Of a stretch of DNA of 64,000 bases, positions 48,906 to 57,198 are shown in pieces. The notes below the pieces were generated by a model that saw nothing but the letters and a program-made list of their open reading frames with translations, was not told where the DNA came from and made no database searches. This stretch comes from Nitrospira sp. Lineage in GTDB: Bacteria > Nitrospirota > Nitrospiria > Nitrospirales > Nitrospiraceae. The translations under genes were made by a program, and so were the position numbers. Location: positions 47,789 to 111,788 of the forward strand of contig JACOEH010000010.1 of the NCBI GenBank assembly GCA_024998685.1, given 5' to 3'. How positions within the stretch are numbered: position 1 is the stretch's first letter; every line of letters starts with the position of its first letter.

Positions 48906-49984
48906 GCCGACTTACACACGTGCTCAAAGGCGTCGAGAAACCCGCCGCATTCCGCCTCGGACAAGGCCCCCATATTGGCCACGCGGAAAATCTTGTTTTC
49001 CAAGTTGCCTTGACCGGCATAAATGACATAGCCCTGCTGTTTCAGACGGTCATGTAACGTGTGGTAGGACACACCATCCGGCAGATGATAGGCCGTGATG
49101 GTATTCGATTGCCGCTCCGCCGTGAGAAGCGCCTTCACGCCGAGTTTGGCCATTCGCCCACGGATGAAGGTCGCCATTTTCTTGTACCGTTGGATGCGAT
49201 TGGCCACGCCTTCTTCGAGTAGCTCGTTGAGTGCTTCGTCGAAGGCATAGTAGATCTGGACGGCGGGCGTGAAGGGAATCGTGCCTCGCCCCTCGTTGTC
49301 GATGTAATGGGTCAGATGGAGATACCACGAGCGCTTCGGGTACGAACGCATTTTTTCGACGAACCCCTTCCGCACCAGCACGAATGAGACGCCCGGGAAG
49401 CCCTGAATACACTTTCCCGCCGTCCCCGTCACCATATAGATGTGCGACCGCGCAATGTCGATCGTCTCGCCCGCCAGAGCGCTGACGGCATCCAGCACAA
49501 ACACCCGATTCTGATTATCGACGATCTCGGCGATCTCGTGGACCGGATTCAGGAGTCCGGTGGTGGTCTCATGATGTACCATGCCGACGGCATGCACCTC
49601 CTGATGCTGTCGCAAAGCAAGAAGCAATCTTTCCGGATCGGGCGGGACCGTCCATTCATATTTCAACTCGCTTACCCCCAGGCGATGGAGCCCCACGATG
49701 TGAGACATCCGTTCACCATAGACGCCGTTGTTGAGGATGAGCATACGGCGGCCGTGAGGGAGCGACGACATCAAGGCAGCTTCGACGGCAGCCGTCCCTG
49801 ACCCGGTCATCACAACAGCAACGTATTCCGATTCTGCCCCAGGGACAAAGGCCTTGAGCAGTTTGGCTTGGATACGGTGGAGCAGCTCGTAAAATTCATC
49901 TTCTCGATGGCAGATATCGGGTTTCAGCAGCGCCTGCCGCACACGCTCTGACACATTCACCGGCCCAGGATTGAGGAGAACCAC
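48902..49984 (-). CDS. aepZ: Class V PLP aminotransferase, 2-aminoethylphosphonate aminotransferase-like
   Basis: LLNPGP, GSGTAAVEA, HHETTTG, DAVS, TAGKCIQGFPG, GYVIYAG (PhnW/AepZ-like). Confidence 0.8.
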   Translation of the reverse strand: MVLLNPGPVNVSERVRQALLKPDICHREDEFYELLHRIQAKLLKAFVPGAESEYVAVVMTGSGTAAVEAALMSSLPHGRRMLILNNGVYGERMSHIVGLHRLGVSELKYEWTVPPDPERLLLALRQHQEVHAVGMVHHETTTGLLNPVHEIAEIVDNQNRVFVLDAVSALAGETIDIARSHIYMVTGTAGKCIQGFPGVSFVLVRKGFVEKMRSYPKRSWYLHLTHYIDNEGRGTIPFTPAVQIYYAFDEALNELLEEGVANRIQRYKKMATFIRGRMAKLGVKALLTAERQSNTITAYHLPDGVSYHTLHDRLKQQGYVIYAGQGNLENKIFRVANMGALSEAECGGFLDAFEHVCKSA

Positions 49985-49993
49985 TCTTCTCTC

Positions 49994-50089
49994 CGTTATT
50001 CGTTAACCGTGAAGCGTTAATCGCAAAATGCCGATTCTACTTCGTACATCAAATAGCGATTCACGAATAACGTTTCACGAGTGACGTCA
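49994..50089 (-). repeat. Paired 7-bp (CG-anchored) repeat element between ppd-beta and aepZ
   Basis: cgttatt cgttaac cgtgaag cgttaat (49994-50021) and cgattca cgaataa cgtttca cgagtga (50057-50084). Confidence 0.8.
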
Positions 50090-50665
50090 TTCAATCGCTT
50101 TCATGAATCGACGGGTGATATCCGGCGGATCGTGCAAGACGCGGCCTGCATCTTCCACAAATTCATTCACCTTGATGAGCAACATGCTGGGTCCATCCTT
50201 CTTCAGCATGTCTTTGAACTCGTAGACGAGATCGTCGCGATCAAGGACTCGTTCCACATTCACGTAGCCTGCCGACTTCGCCACTTTCTCCAGCGGCACC
50301 ACATTGGAGATCGTGGGCTGGTTCCCGGTCGTCCCGTACACTTCGTTGTCGAAAACGACGTGGATAAAGTTTTTCGGCTTTAACGCACCGATCGTCGCGA
50401 CAGTACCCATTCCCATTAGCACATTTCCATCGCCATCGAAGGTGATCACCTGTTTATTGGGTTTTGCGAGCGCGACACCGAGCGCGATCGCCGGGGCATT
50501 CCCCATGGAGCCGATCATGTAGAAATGGGTGGACCGATCCGCGATCTTGTGAGCCTCGCGCGAGGGGAACCCGTTGCAGATAATGACGGGTTGATCGGTC
50601 AGCAACTCCAACAAAGCCGCCATGGCCTGCGCTCGGCTGATCAATGTGCCTTGTTCGGGTCTCAC
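50087..50665 (-). CDS. ppd: Phosphonopyruvate decarboxylase beta subunit (TPP-binding, ComE-like)
   Basis: FYMIGSMG, DGDGNVLM, DNEVYGTTGNQPT; GTG start overlaps the alpha-subunit TGA. Confidence 0.82.
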   Translation of the reverse strand: MRPEQGTLISRAQAMAALLELLTDQPVIICNGFPSREAHKIADRSTHFYMIGSMGNAPAIALGVALAKPNKQVITFDGDGNVLMGMGTVATIGALKPKNFIHVVFDNEVYGTTGNQPTISNVVPLEKVAKSAGYVNVERVLDRDDLVYEFKDMLKKDGPSMLLIKVNEFVEDAGRVLHDPPDITRRFMKAIE

Positions 50666-51159
50666 GGATGCAACCCTTTCACCACGCCCTTGGTGATGAG
50701 CAACGCGACCGGAATCTGTTGCTGCATGAATGTTTGAGCCACCCACCTGAAATCTTCAATGGCCGTTTTTTCAGTCAAGGTACGATGCGGAATTTTGACG
50801 GTATCGAGCAATTGCGGCATCACTTCTCCCATCACCAAATGTTCGGGAGCATCTTTTCCTCTTTGACCCCGCCATGAAACAATCAATAGGCAAGGTTGCT
50901 TATAAATCATATTCAGAGAAATGAGCGTATTGAGTGAGGTGCCGAGTCCTGAATTCTGCATTAAGACGGCGGGGGTTTTTCCCGCCATATATGCGCCCGC
51001 AGCCATGCCCACCGCTTCATCCTCTCGAACCGCAGGGGTGTAGAGTCGACGGTTCATGAGTTCCGCAATGATCCCGCCCAGGATCGAATCCGGCACGCCG
51101 GTGAAGAAATTGACCCCCATATCCTGCATGGCTTGCACGAACACATCGCTTTCAATCAC
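50662..51159 (-). CDS. ppd: Phosphonopyruvate decarboxylase alpha subunit (ComD-like)
   Basis: FFTGVPDS, REDEAVGMAAGAY, MQNSGLG, SWRG, DAPEH. Confidence 0.82.
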   Translation of the reverse strand: MIESDVFVQAMQDMGVNFFTGVPDSILGGIIAELMNRRLYTPAVREDEAVGMAAGAYMAGKTPAVLMQNSGLGTSLNTLISLNMIYKQPCLLIVSWRGQRGKDAPEHLVMGEVMPQLLDTVKIPHRTLTEKTAIEDFRWVAQTFMQQQIPVALLITKGVVKGLHP

Positions 51160-51207
51160 TGAGCATTCCCCTCGGAATATTGATACACGTCCACGGAAAG
51201 CCGGCGC

Positions 51208-51237
51208 ATTATAAGATACGCCGTGCAGGGTTCTCAA
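51208..51237 (-). promoter_or_regulatory. Sigma70 promoter for the ppd-aepZ-cytidylyltransferase operon
   Basis: TTGAGA, 18 bp, TATAAT on the minus strand. Confidence 0.65.
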
Positions 51238-51317
51238 GAAAGATCCGCGGTTGAGTTGACCTCACTCGCATGTTAGCGTGAATTCCAATACGGCTGTCGC
51301 CCGATCTGCATACAGAG

Positions 51318-51845
51318 ATGAAAAATTGCATTCGATCCGCACCCCATCCTTGGTTGTTGGTCCTGATGTTCGCAATCATGATCAGTGCCGACTCAGTATG
51401 GGCTGTGCCCATGACGAATGATCCGAAGGGATTTCATGGTATTCCCTGGGGGACCTCCTTATCTTCGCGTCAGGACTTGGAACCGATACAGGCAGATCCG
51501 CATATCGCCGAATATCTCCGCAAGACAGAGCCGTCATCATTTGCAGGAACCCAGATGACCAGCGTTCTCTATGTCTCGGTGGACGACCAATTCGCGCGTG
51601 TCATCATTCGGTATCAAGGAGACCACGTGCATCGCCAGGTGCTGGGATTCTTGGAAAGCCGCTTTGGTCGGCTGGAACACATTCCCGGACAAATGGCACG
51701 AGGACTCAGCCAGCAATACAACTGGCGTGGATCCGACACCGAAATCAATTTGACATATCAGGCCAGCACAGAGCGTGGCTATATCTTCATCGATAGTCGC
51801 ACGCTGGCCCCCCGATTCAATGACGACATTACCGATTCCCCATAG
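51318..51845 (+). CDS. Hypothetical exported protein
   Basis: Signal peptide (..ADSVWA), KGFHGIPWG, YNWRG; no family recognised. Confidence 0.8.
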   Translation: MKNCIRSAPHPWLLVLMFAIMISADSVWAVPMTNDPKGFHGIPWGTSLSSRQDLEPIQADPHIAEYLRKTEPSSFAGTQMTSVLYVSVDDQFARVIIRYQGDHVHRQVLGFLESRFGRLEHIPGQMARGLSQQYNWRGSDTEINLTYQASTERGYIFIDSRTLAPRFNDDITDSP

Positions 51846-52077
51846 ATAGCTCGATGGACACGTTTCCCGGAGAACAGCCTTGTCTTAAAATTCTGGTCAA
51901 AATCCGGAATGCGGGATGCAGGTCGCTTACAGATTTATGAACGGAATAGATGACTACCTCCTGCGCAGACACAGTCTTGGCCAATTCGATACGGTTTGCG
52001 ATATTTGAGTAGGAAGCTTAGCCTCACGGCATTTCAACTTCTCTATCACCTGAATTCCGATCCGGCAAAAGTTTTCA

Positions 52078-52106
52078 TTGACAACCGCCGCACGCTTTCG
52101 CATCAT
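52078..52106 (+). promoter_or_regulatory. Putative sigma70 promoter giving a nearly leaderless pepM transcript
   Basis: TTGACA (52078-52083), 17 bp, CATCAT (52101-52106); ATG 9 bp later with no SD. Confidence 0.55.
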
Positions 52107-52115
52107 ATTGACCCT

Positions 52116-53795
52116 ATGACTAACGCCGCAAAACTCCGAGCTGCATTGAAAAGGCCTGGGGCCTTGAAGATAGTCGGCGCTCACGACGCGCTCAGCGCCC
52201 GTCTCATCGAACGCGCCGGTTTCGACGGTGTCTGGGCGAGCGGCTTCGCCATTTCAGCCTCTCTGAAATGTATCCCCGATGCCAGTTTTATCACCTCCAG
52301 CGAGCAACTCGACGTTGAACGGAATATCGTTGAGGCCGTGAACATTCCAGTGATCGCTGACTGCGATACCGGATATGGCAATGCGCTGAATGTCATGCGG
52401 ACCGTCACCGACCGCGAGCGGGCCGGCGTGGCGGCTATTTGCATTGAAGATAACGTTTATCCAAAACGCTGCAGTTTCTATGCGGGCGTTCGTCGAGAAT
52501 TGATTCCCATTGAAGAGCACTGCGGCAAGATTCGAGCGGCGAAAGCCGTTCAGGTTTCCCCAGAATTCATGATCATTGCTAGAACCGAGGCCCTCATCGC
52601 CGGGTGGGGTCAGGAAGAAGCGCTGAAACGGGCTGAAGCCTATGCAGACGCCGGCGCCGATGCAATTCTGATCCATTCGAAATCAAAAAAGTTTGACGAG
52701 TTGAAGGGTGTGTATAAATTGTGGTCCGGGCGCGTCCCGTTGGTCGTGGTTCCCACGATTTTCGATCAGACGACCGCGACGGAAATGGAAGAAGCCGGGG
52801 CAAAGATCATCATCTATGCCAACCAACCGGTACGGGCGGCCATTCGTGCCATGACGGACACGTTGGACCTCATCAAGAAAGACACGCGCCCCGGAGCGGC
52901 AAACGACCGAATCGTCACGCTACCCGAAGTCTATGACATTGTCGGTGTCCCGCAAATGGAGCAAGACGAGAAACAGTTCCTTCCGGTGGGTAGCGAACGA
53001 ATCACCGCGATTATCGCCGCCGCCGGATTCGAAAAACAGCTTTTGCCGTTGATTGAGGATAAGCCGAAGTGTCTGCTCGACATTAAAGGGAAAACGATCC
53101 TCGATCGCCAGATCAGCGCGCTCAACGAATGCGACATCAAAGAAATTGCGTTGGTTCGTGGGTATAAAAAAGAAGCAATCTCGCTTCCTAATATCCGCTA
53201 CTACGACAACGATCGTTACGAGGAAACCGGCGAGCTCGTTTCGCTCTTCTGTGCCGAAAATGAGTTAAGAGGGCGGACCATCGTTTTGTACGGCGATATC
53301 ATCTTTGAGACCGCGATTCTTGAAAAGTTGCTCAAAAGTCCCGCCGACATTGCTCTGGTTGTCGACCTAGCCTGGTTTGATCAGGAACAACTGCATGCCC
53401 AGCCGACCCATTTTAATCCGGATCTTGTCTCACTGGCCGCTCCTCCCGGCAAAAGCTATTTGTCCCGATTTGTGATGCCGGAGGGTGAGCACCAGGTGGT
53501 TAAGATCGGTCAGCAACTTCCCCGTGAACTGGCGCACGGTGAATTCATCGGCATAGCCATGTTCTCCGAAAAAGGCACTCAGACCCTTTGCGAGTACTAT
53601 CACAAGGCCTACAAACAGCATCAATCCTCCCCGTTCCACGACTCTGCAAGCCTGGCCAAGGCTTCTTTCACCGACATGCTGCAGGAACTGATCGACCAAG
53701 GCTACCGCATCCAAGCTGTACCGATTTTCAAGGGATGGATGGAAGTCGACTCTTTCGAAGAGTACCAAAAAGCCTGGGCAAAGATTCGACAGTAA
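52116..53795 (+). CDS. pepM: PEP mutase-like enzyme fused to a C-terminal nucleotidyltransferase
   Basis: GAHDALSA, WASGF, DCDTGYGN, EDNVYPKRCS, IIARTEA, ILIHSK; C-terminal AAAG..PKCLLDI..LYGDI NTase. Confidence 0.8.
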   Translation: MTNAAKLRAALKRPGALKIVGAHDALSARLIERAGFDGVWASGFAISASLKCIPDASFITSSEQLDVERNIVEAVNIPVIADCDTGYGNALNVMRTVTDRERAGVAAICIEDNVYPKRCSFYAGVRRELIPIEEHCGKIRAAKAVQVSPEFMIIARTEALIAGWGQEEALKRAEAYADAGADAILIHSKSKKFDELKGVYKLWSGRVPLVVVPTIFDQTTATEMEEAGAKIIIYANQPVRAAIRAMTDTLDLIKKDTRPGAANDRIVTLPEVYDIVGVPQMEQDEKQFLPVGSERITAIIAAAGFEKQLLPLIEDKPKCLLDIKGKTILDRQISALNECDIKEIALVRGYKKEAISLPNIRYYDNDRYEETGELVSLFCAENELRGRTIVLYGDIIFETAILEKLLKSPADIALVVDLAWFDQEQLHAQPTHFNPDLVSLAAPPGKSYLSRFVMPEGEHQVVKIGQQLPRELAHGEFIGIAMFSEKGTQTLCEYYHKAYKQHQSSPFHDSASLAKASFTDMLQELIDQGYRIQAVPIFKGWMEVDSFEEYQKAWAKIRQ

Positions 53796-53920
53796 TGTCC
53801 TTCATCGTAAGGTGGCTGATTTCCTCGCCACCAGCCTATTCCTATATAGGCGCGCAGCATATCGCTCTCATCGCTAAGAGGCATTGCCGAATTAATTAGG
53901 AAAATATTCCAAACGAAGCT

Positions 53921-54328
53921 ATGATGACGAAACCGACGATGAGTGGCCGAAAATCCTATGTTCCTTTAGATAGCCGTTATGCCGAACGTGTAGCCGTTAC
54001 GTGTCGAGTACGCTATGTCGGTGAAGTCCCGACACAGCCTCACCAAGGCGAAGGACTCACAAAAAACATGTCCGTTTCCGGTTGCCACATCATCAGCGAC
54101 CACCCGGTGACACGTGGAACATTATTGACCCTTACCATTATGCTTCCCGACGGACTACCTCAACTTGTCTTGAAATCGGCGCATGTTGTGTGGGTGTCGG
54201 GTTGTCAGTTTTCCGTTCGATTTATGGATCTGAACCGAGACCATCGAAAACGGCTGCAATCTTTCATTTGGAAAAGTATCTCTCACCACACCGTGAGCGA
54301 TCATCGAACTCGATTCCGGCTGATGTAA
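53921..54328 (+). CDS. PilZ domain protein
   Basis: RYAER and NMSVSG. Confidence 0.9.
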   Translation: MMTKPTMSGRKSYVPLDSRYAERVAVTCRVRYVGEVPTQPHQGEGLTKNMSVSGCHIISDHPVTRGTLLTLTIMLPDGLPQLVLKSAHVVWVSGCQFSVRFMDLNRDHRKRLQSFIWKSISHHTVSDHRTRFRLM

Positions 54329-54663
54329 GTCCAGCCCCAACCCTTCCTCTATCACCGCGATTTTTTCATGGAGGAGCTAAATGCTCCTCGCCTATTGCGT
54401 TCTGAGGCAGGTGTCCTCTTCCACAGCTGCATAATACATTGATTTCTTCGTCCCCCTTCTGGATTGAGCACTCCCCCCATCTAGTGGGAAGGCAAGGTAA
54501 CCACTCAGCGATAGCCTTCATTCATACAAAATCTCAAAGGAAATGCGTTTGCAGACTGGCGCGCAGCGAGACAGGAAAAGCTATTTGGTTTCGAGTGCGT
54601 AACCGGTCAGAGCTGCGAAGGTCAATCGATTAGAAAATAGACATACAACCAGGAGGTGTACCG

Positions 54664-55047
54664 ATGAAACAGGTGAAGCACTTGAGACGGCCAGAAATTC
54701 CTTATTCATCTCATTCGATTGAGCGCCGCAGGATGAAAAGAACTCGTGCGTCCTTCGGCATTATGTATTCCGGAGTCAATGGGGATGACGTTTTCATTGG
54801 AGACGGGAGCGCTGTCGATCTATCCGAAGGTGGATTGGGCATTCTCGGAAATTGTCCAGTGAAGATCGGCATGGAGTTGACCTTGTTTTTATATCTCCTG
54901 GATGAAGAGGAACCCCTGTTCGTTTCAGAAGCGATGGTCGCCTGGACGTCGGGATCTCTGTTCGGCATGGAAGTGAAGGAAGTAAGCCTCCATGATGGCG
55001 ATCGGATGTTGTCGTTTCTCCGCGACCAAGCGGTGAGCCAAGCCTAG
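54664..55047 (+). CDS. PilZ domain protein
   Basis: RRMKR and DLSEGG; SD ggagg. Confidence 0.88.
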   Translation: MKQVKHLRRPEIPYSSHSIERRRMKRTRASFGIMYSGVNGDDVFIGDGSAVDLSEGGLGILGNCPVKIGMELTLFLYLLDEEEPLFVSEAMVAWTSGSLFGMEVKEVSLHDGDRMLSFLRDQAVSQA

Positions 55048-55212
55048 TCGGTTTGATGGCGCCGTACAATCGCAGCAGACCAGAGATGTAATCTATTAGC
55101 TGTTGAGAATCATGTCGCCACAGACGCCACAAATCTCACAATGCTCCGCTTGCTTACCTCCATACCTTTCACTCCAATGATCAATTTCATCTTGTCTTTC
55201 ATATAAGTGTTA

Positions 55213-55258
55213 TGCTCTATTCATGGTGAGTAAGTGGTTACTCACCATGAATAGAGCA
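55213..55258. promoter_or_regulatory. 21-bp perfect inverted repeat over the TetR start (probable operator)
   Basis: tgctctattcatggtgagtaa-gtgg-ttactcaccatgaatagagca. Confidence 0.8.
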
Positions 55259-55891
55259 AGGACATCTTTTCGTAAACGACATCAATCCTCACGAACCTCA
55301 TGTCATGAACGACAGGCCAGCCTAATCAGCGCTGCGACATCGTTGTTTGCCGCTCACGGCTTTACTGGAACGACCACTAAACAAATCGCCAAGGCTGCCG
55401 GTGTCAGTGAAGCACTGCTCTTCAAACACTTTCCGACCAAGCACGCGCTGTACACCGCAATCCTGGCGGAAAAGGCGCAATACTCCGAGTTGCGAGAAGC
55501 CGTCGAAGAAGCAACCAAGAAACGAGATGATGAACGGCTCTTTACGTTGCTCGCCAGCTATCGGATCAGAAAGAGTGCAGATCCGACGATGCTTCGTCTA
55601 CTCCTTTTCAGCGCCTTGGAAAGACATGAGCTGTCCACCATGTTTTTTCAGCGGCAATATCGGGTCTTTCACGATCTTCTCGCCGGCTACATTCGACGAC
55701 GCATCAAGGACGGCGCGTTCCGTCCGGTCGATCCAGTGCTTGCGGCAAAAGCTTTCTTTGGTGTCATCCTCCACCATCGACTACTGCACGATATCTTCGG
55801 GTTACCCATGCACCTGTCCCATGAAGCATCGATGGTTGAATATGTTTCTCTTTTCCTCGGCGGCCTCGTCCGGCAATCGCCTGGCTCGTAA
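55247..55891 (+). CDS. TetR/AcrR family regulator
   Basis: LFAAHGFTGTTTKQIAKAAGVSEALLFKHFPTK HTH; start 55247 or 55223. Confidence 0.95.
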   Translation: MNRARTSFRKRHQSSRTSCHERQASLISAATSLFAAHGFTGTTTKQIAKAAGVSEALLFKHFPTKHALYTAILAEKAQYSELREAVEEATKKRDDERLFTLLASYRIRKSADPTMLRLLLFSALERHELSTMFFQRQYRVFHDLLAGYIRRRIKDGAFRPVDPVLAAKAFFGVILHHRLLHDIFGLPMHLSHEASMVEYVSLFLGGLVRQSPGS

Positions 55892-55906
55892 CTGAGGCGC
55901 ATCGCC

Positions 55907-57082
55907 ATGAGCCGACTCGTCCGACATCCATTTCTAGCCCTTGGGATCGTGATCTTTTTTGCCATCACGGTTCTTGTAATCTTTCGTCTGAGCACGGGCG
56001 CCAAAGCCGATACAAAGAGCGCACGACTCATTACGGTGGGCGTTGTGTCGCCGCTACAGCAGGATCTCGATATTCGCCTGACCTACACAGCGGACATCTC
56101 ACCCAATCAAGTCGTCAATATCTTCTCGCGTGTCGACGGATACATCGCAAAACTGCATGTCGATAAGGGTGATTTTGTCAGGGCGAACCAATTACTCCTA
56201 GAAATCGATCATACCGACTATCAACATGCCGTCAATCAGGCAAAAGCCAATCTTTCATCCGCCAAGGCAAAGGTCTCACAACAGGATGCGGCGGTTCGCA
56301 ATGCCAAGCTGACGTTCGACCGCATGCAGTCCCTCATCAAAGATCAATTTGTCTCACAGCAAGATCTGGATAATGCGCAGGTCAACTTGGAGGCTGCCTG
56401 GGCGGCACACGAATCCCTACAAGCACAGGTCAACCAAATGGAGGTTGCTCTGGCCCAGGCGGAGACCAACCTCGCCTATTCTTACATCCGAGCCCCATTT
56501 CCCGGTTATATCGCAGAACGAAATTTAGATACCGGGTCCTATGTGACCAGCGCAACCGCAAGCACCTCGACAATGTCACGGGGCATCATGAGCCTGCACG
56601 ACATCAATACGGTTCGTGTGTTGATAGAAGTCGTCGAGCGCGACATTCCGTTGGTGAAGATCGGCCAAAAGGCTGAGCTTCGTGCGGAAGCCTACCCAGA
56701 CCAGGTGTTCGAAGGAACCGTCACGCGTATCGTCCAGACCTTGAACCGCGCGACACGTACTATGACAGTGGAAATCGACTTACCCAATAAGGATCGACGA
56801 TTGAAAGGCGGGATGTTTGCCCGAGTCGAAGTCACGGTGGGAACCCACCATCAAGCGTTGCAGATTCCCATCGATACCGTCAGTCGACTAGAAGATACGC
56901 AATATATCTATGTCGTCCGAGAGGGGAAAGCTCAGCGAGTGGATGTCGAGATCGGTGCCCGTAACAATAACCTCGTCGAAATTCTCAAGGGCCTAAGCGG
57001 AGATGAACAGGTCGTCGTCTCCGGCAAAGATCTTGTGCAGAATGGGACGCCCGTACAAACCCAACCGCTTCCGGAATCATGA
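55907..57082 (+). CDS. RND efflux periplasmic adaptor (MFP)
   Basis: SRVDGYI, VDKGD, IRAPFPG, LKGGMFARV. Confidence 0.95.
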   Translation: MSRLVRHPFLALGIVIFFAITVLVIFRLSTGAKADTKSARLITVGVVSPLQQDLDIRLTYTADISPNQVVNIFSRVDGYIAKLHVDKGDFVRANQLLLEIDHTDYQHAVNQAKANLSSAKAKVSQQDAAVRNAKLTFDRMQSLIKDQFVSQQDLDNAQVNLEAAWAAHESLQAQVNQMEVALAQAETNLAYSYIRAPFPGYIAERNLDTGSYVTSATASTSTMSRGIMSLHDINTVRVLIEVVERDIPLVKIGQKAELRAEAYPDQVFEGTVTRIVQTLNRATRTMTVEIDLPNKDRRLKGGMFARVEVTVGTHHQALQIPIDTVSRLEDTQYIYVVREGKAQRVDVEIGARNNNLVEILKGLSGDEQVVVSGKDLVQNGTPVQTQPLPES

Positions 57083-57190
57083 GTGCTGAGGCCTGAGTTC
57101 TAAGTCGAACTATGGGGAAATCGTAACGTGATCGATGCAGCCGGTCTTTAGATGATCCTCCGCTCAGCACTCACCACTCACGGCTCGGCA
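57080..57190 (+). repeat. Paired 7-bp repeat element between the MFP and RND genes
   Basis: tgctgag gcctgag ttctaag (57084-57104) and ctcagca ctcacca ctcacgg ctcggca (57163-57190). Confidence 0.8.
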
Positions 57191-57198
57191 CTACTTTT

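Noticed and set aside
50087-51159. ComDE for coenzyme M/sulfonate synthesis
   Set aside because: No comA/comB/comC nearby; linkage to a PepM-like enzyme and AEP aminotransferase favours phosphonopyruvate. It remains a fallback if PepM activity is absent.
51996-52115. 40-aa extension on PepM
   Set aside because: The region contains the promoter; homology begins at MTNAAKLR.
54329-54663. Possible c-di-GMP riboswitch or sigma54 promoter between PilZ genes
   Set aside because: Only GGCAA is present without the GEMM stems; TGGC lacks a correctly spaced TTGC. Just a 7-bp hairpin at 54371-54389.
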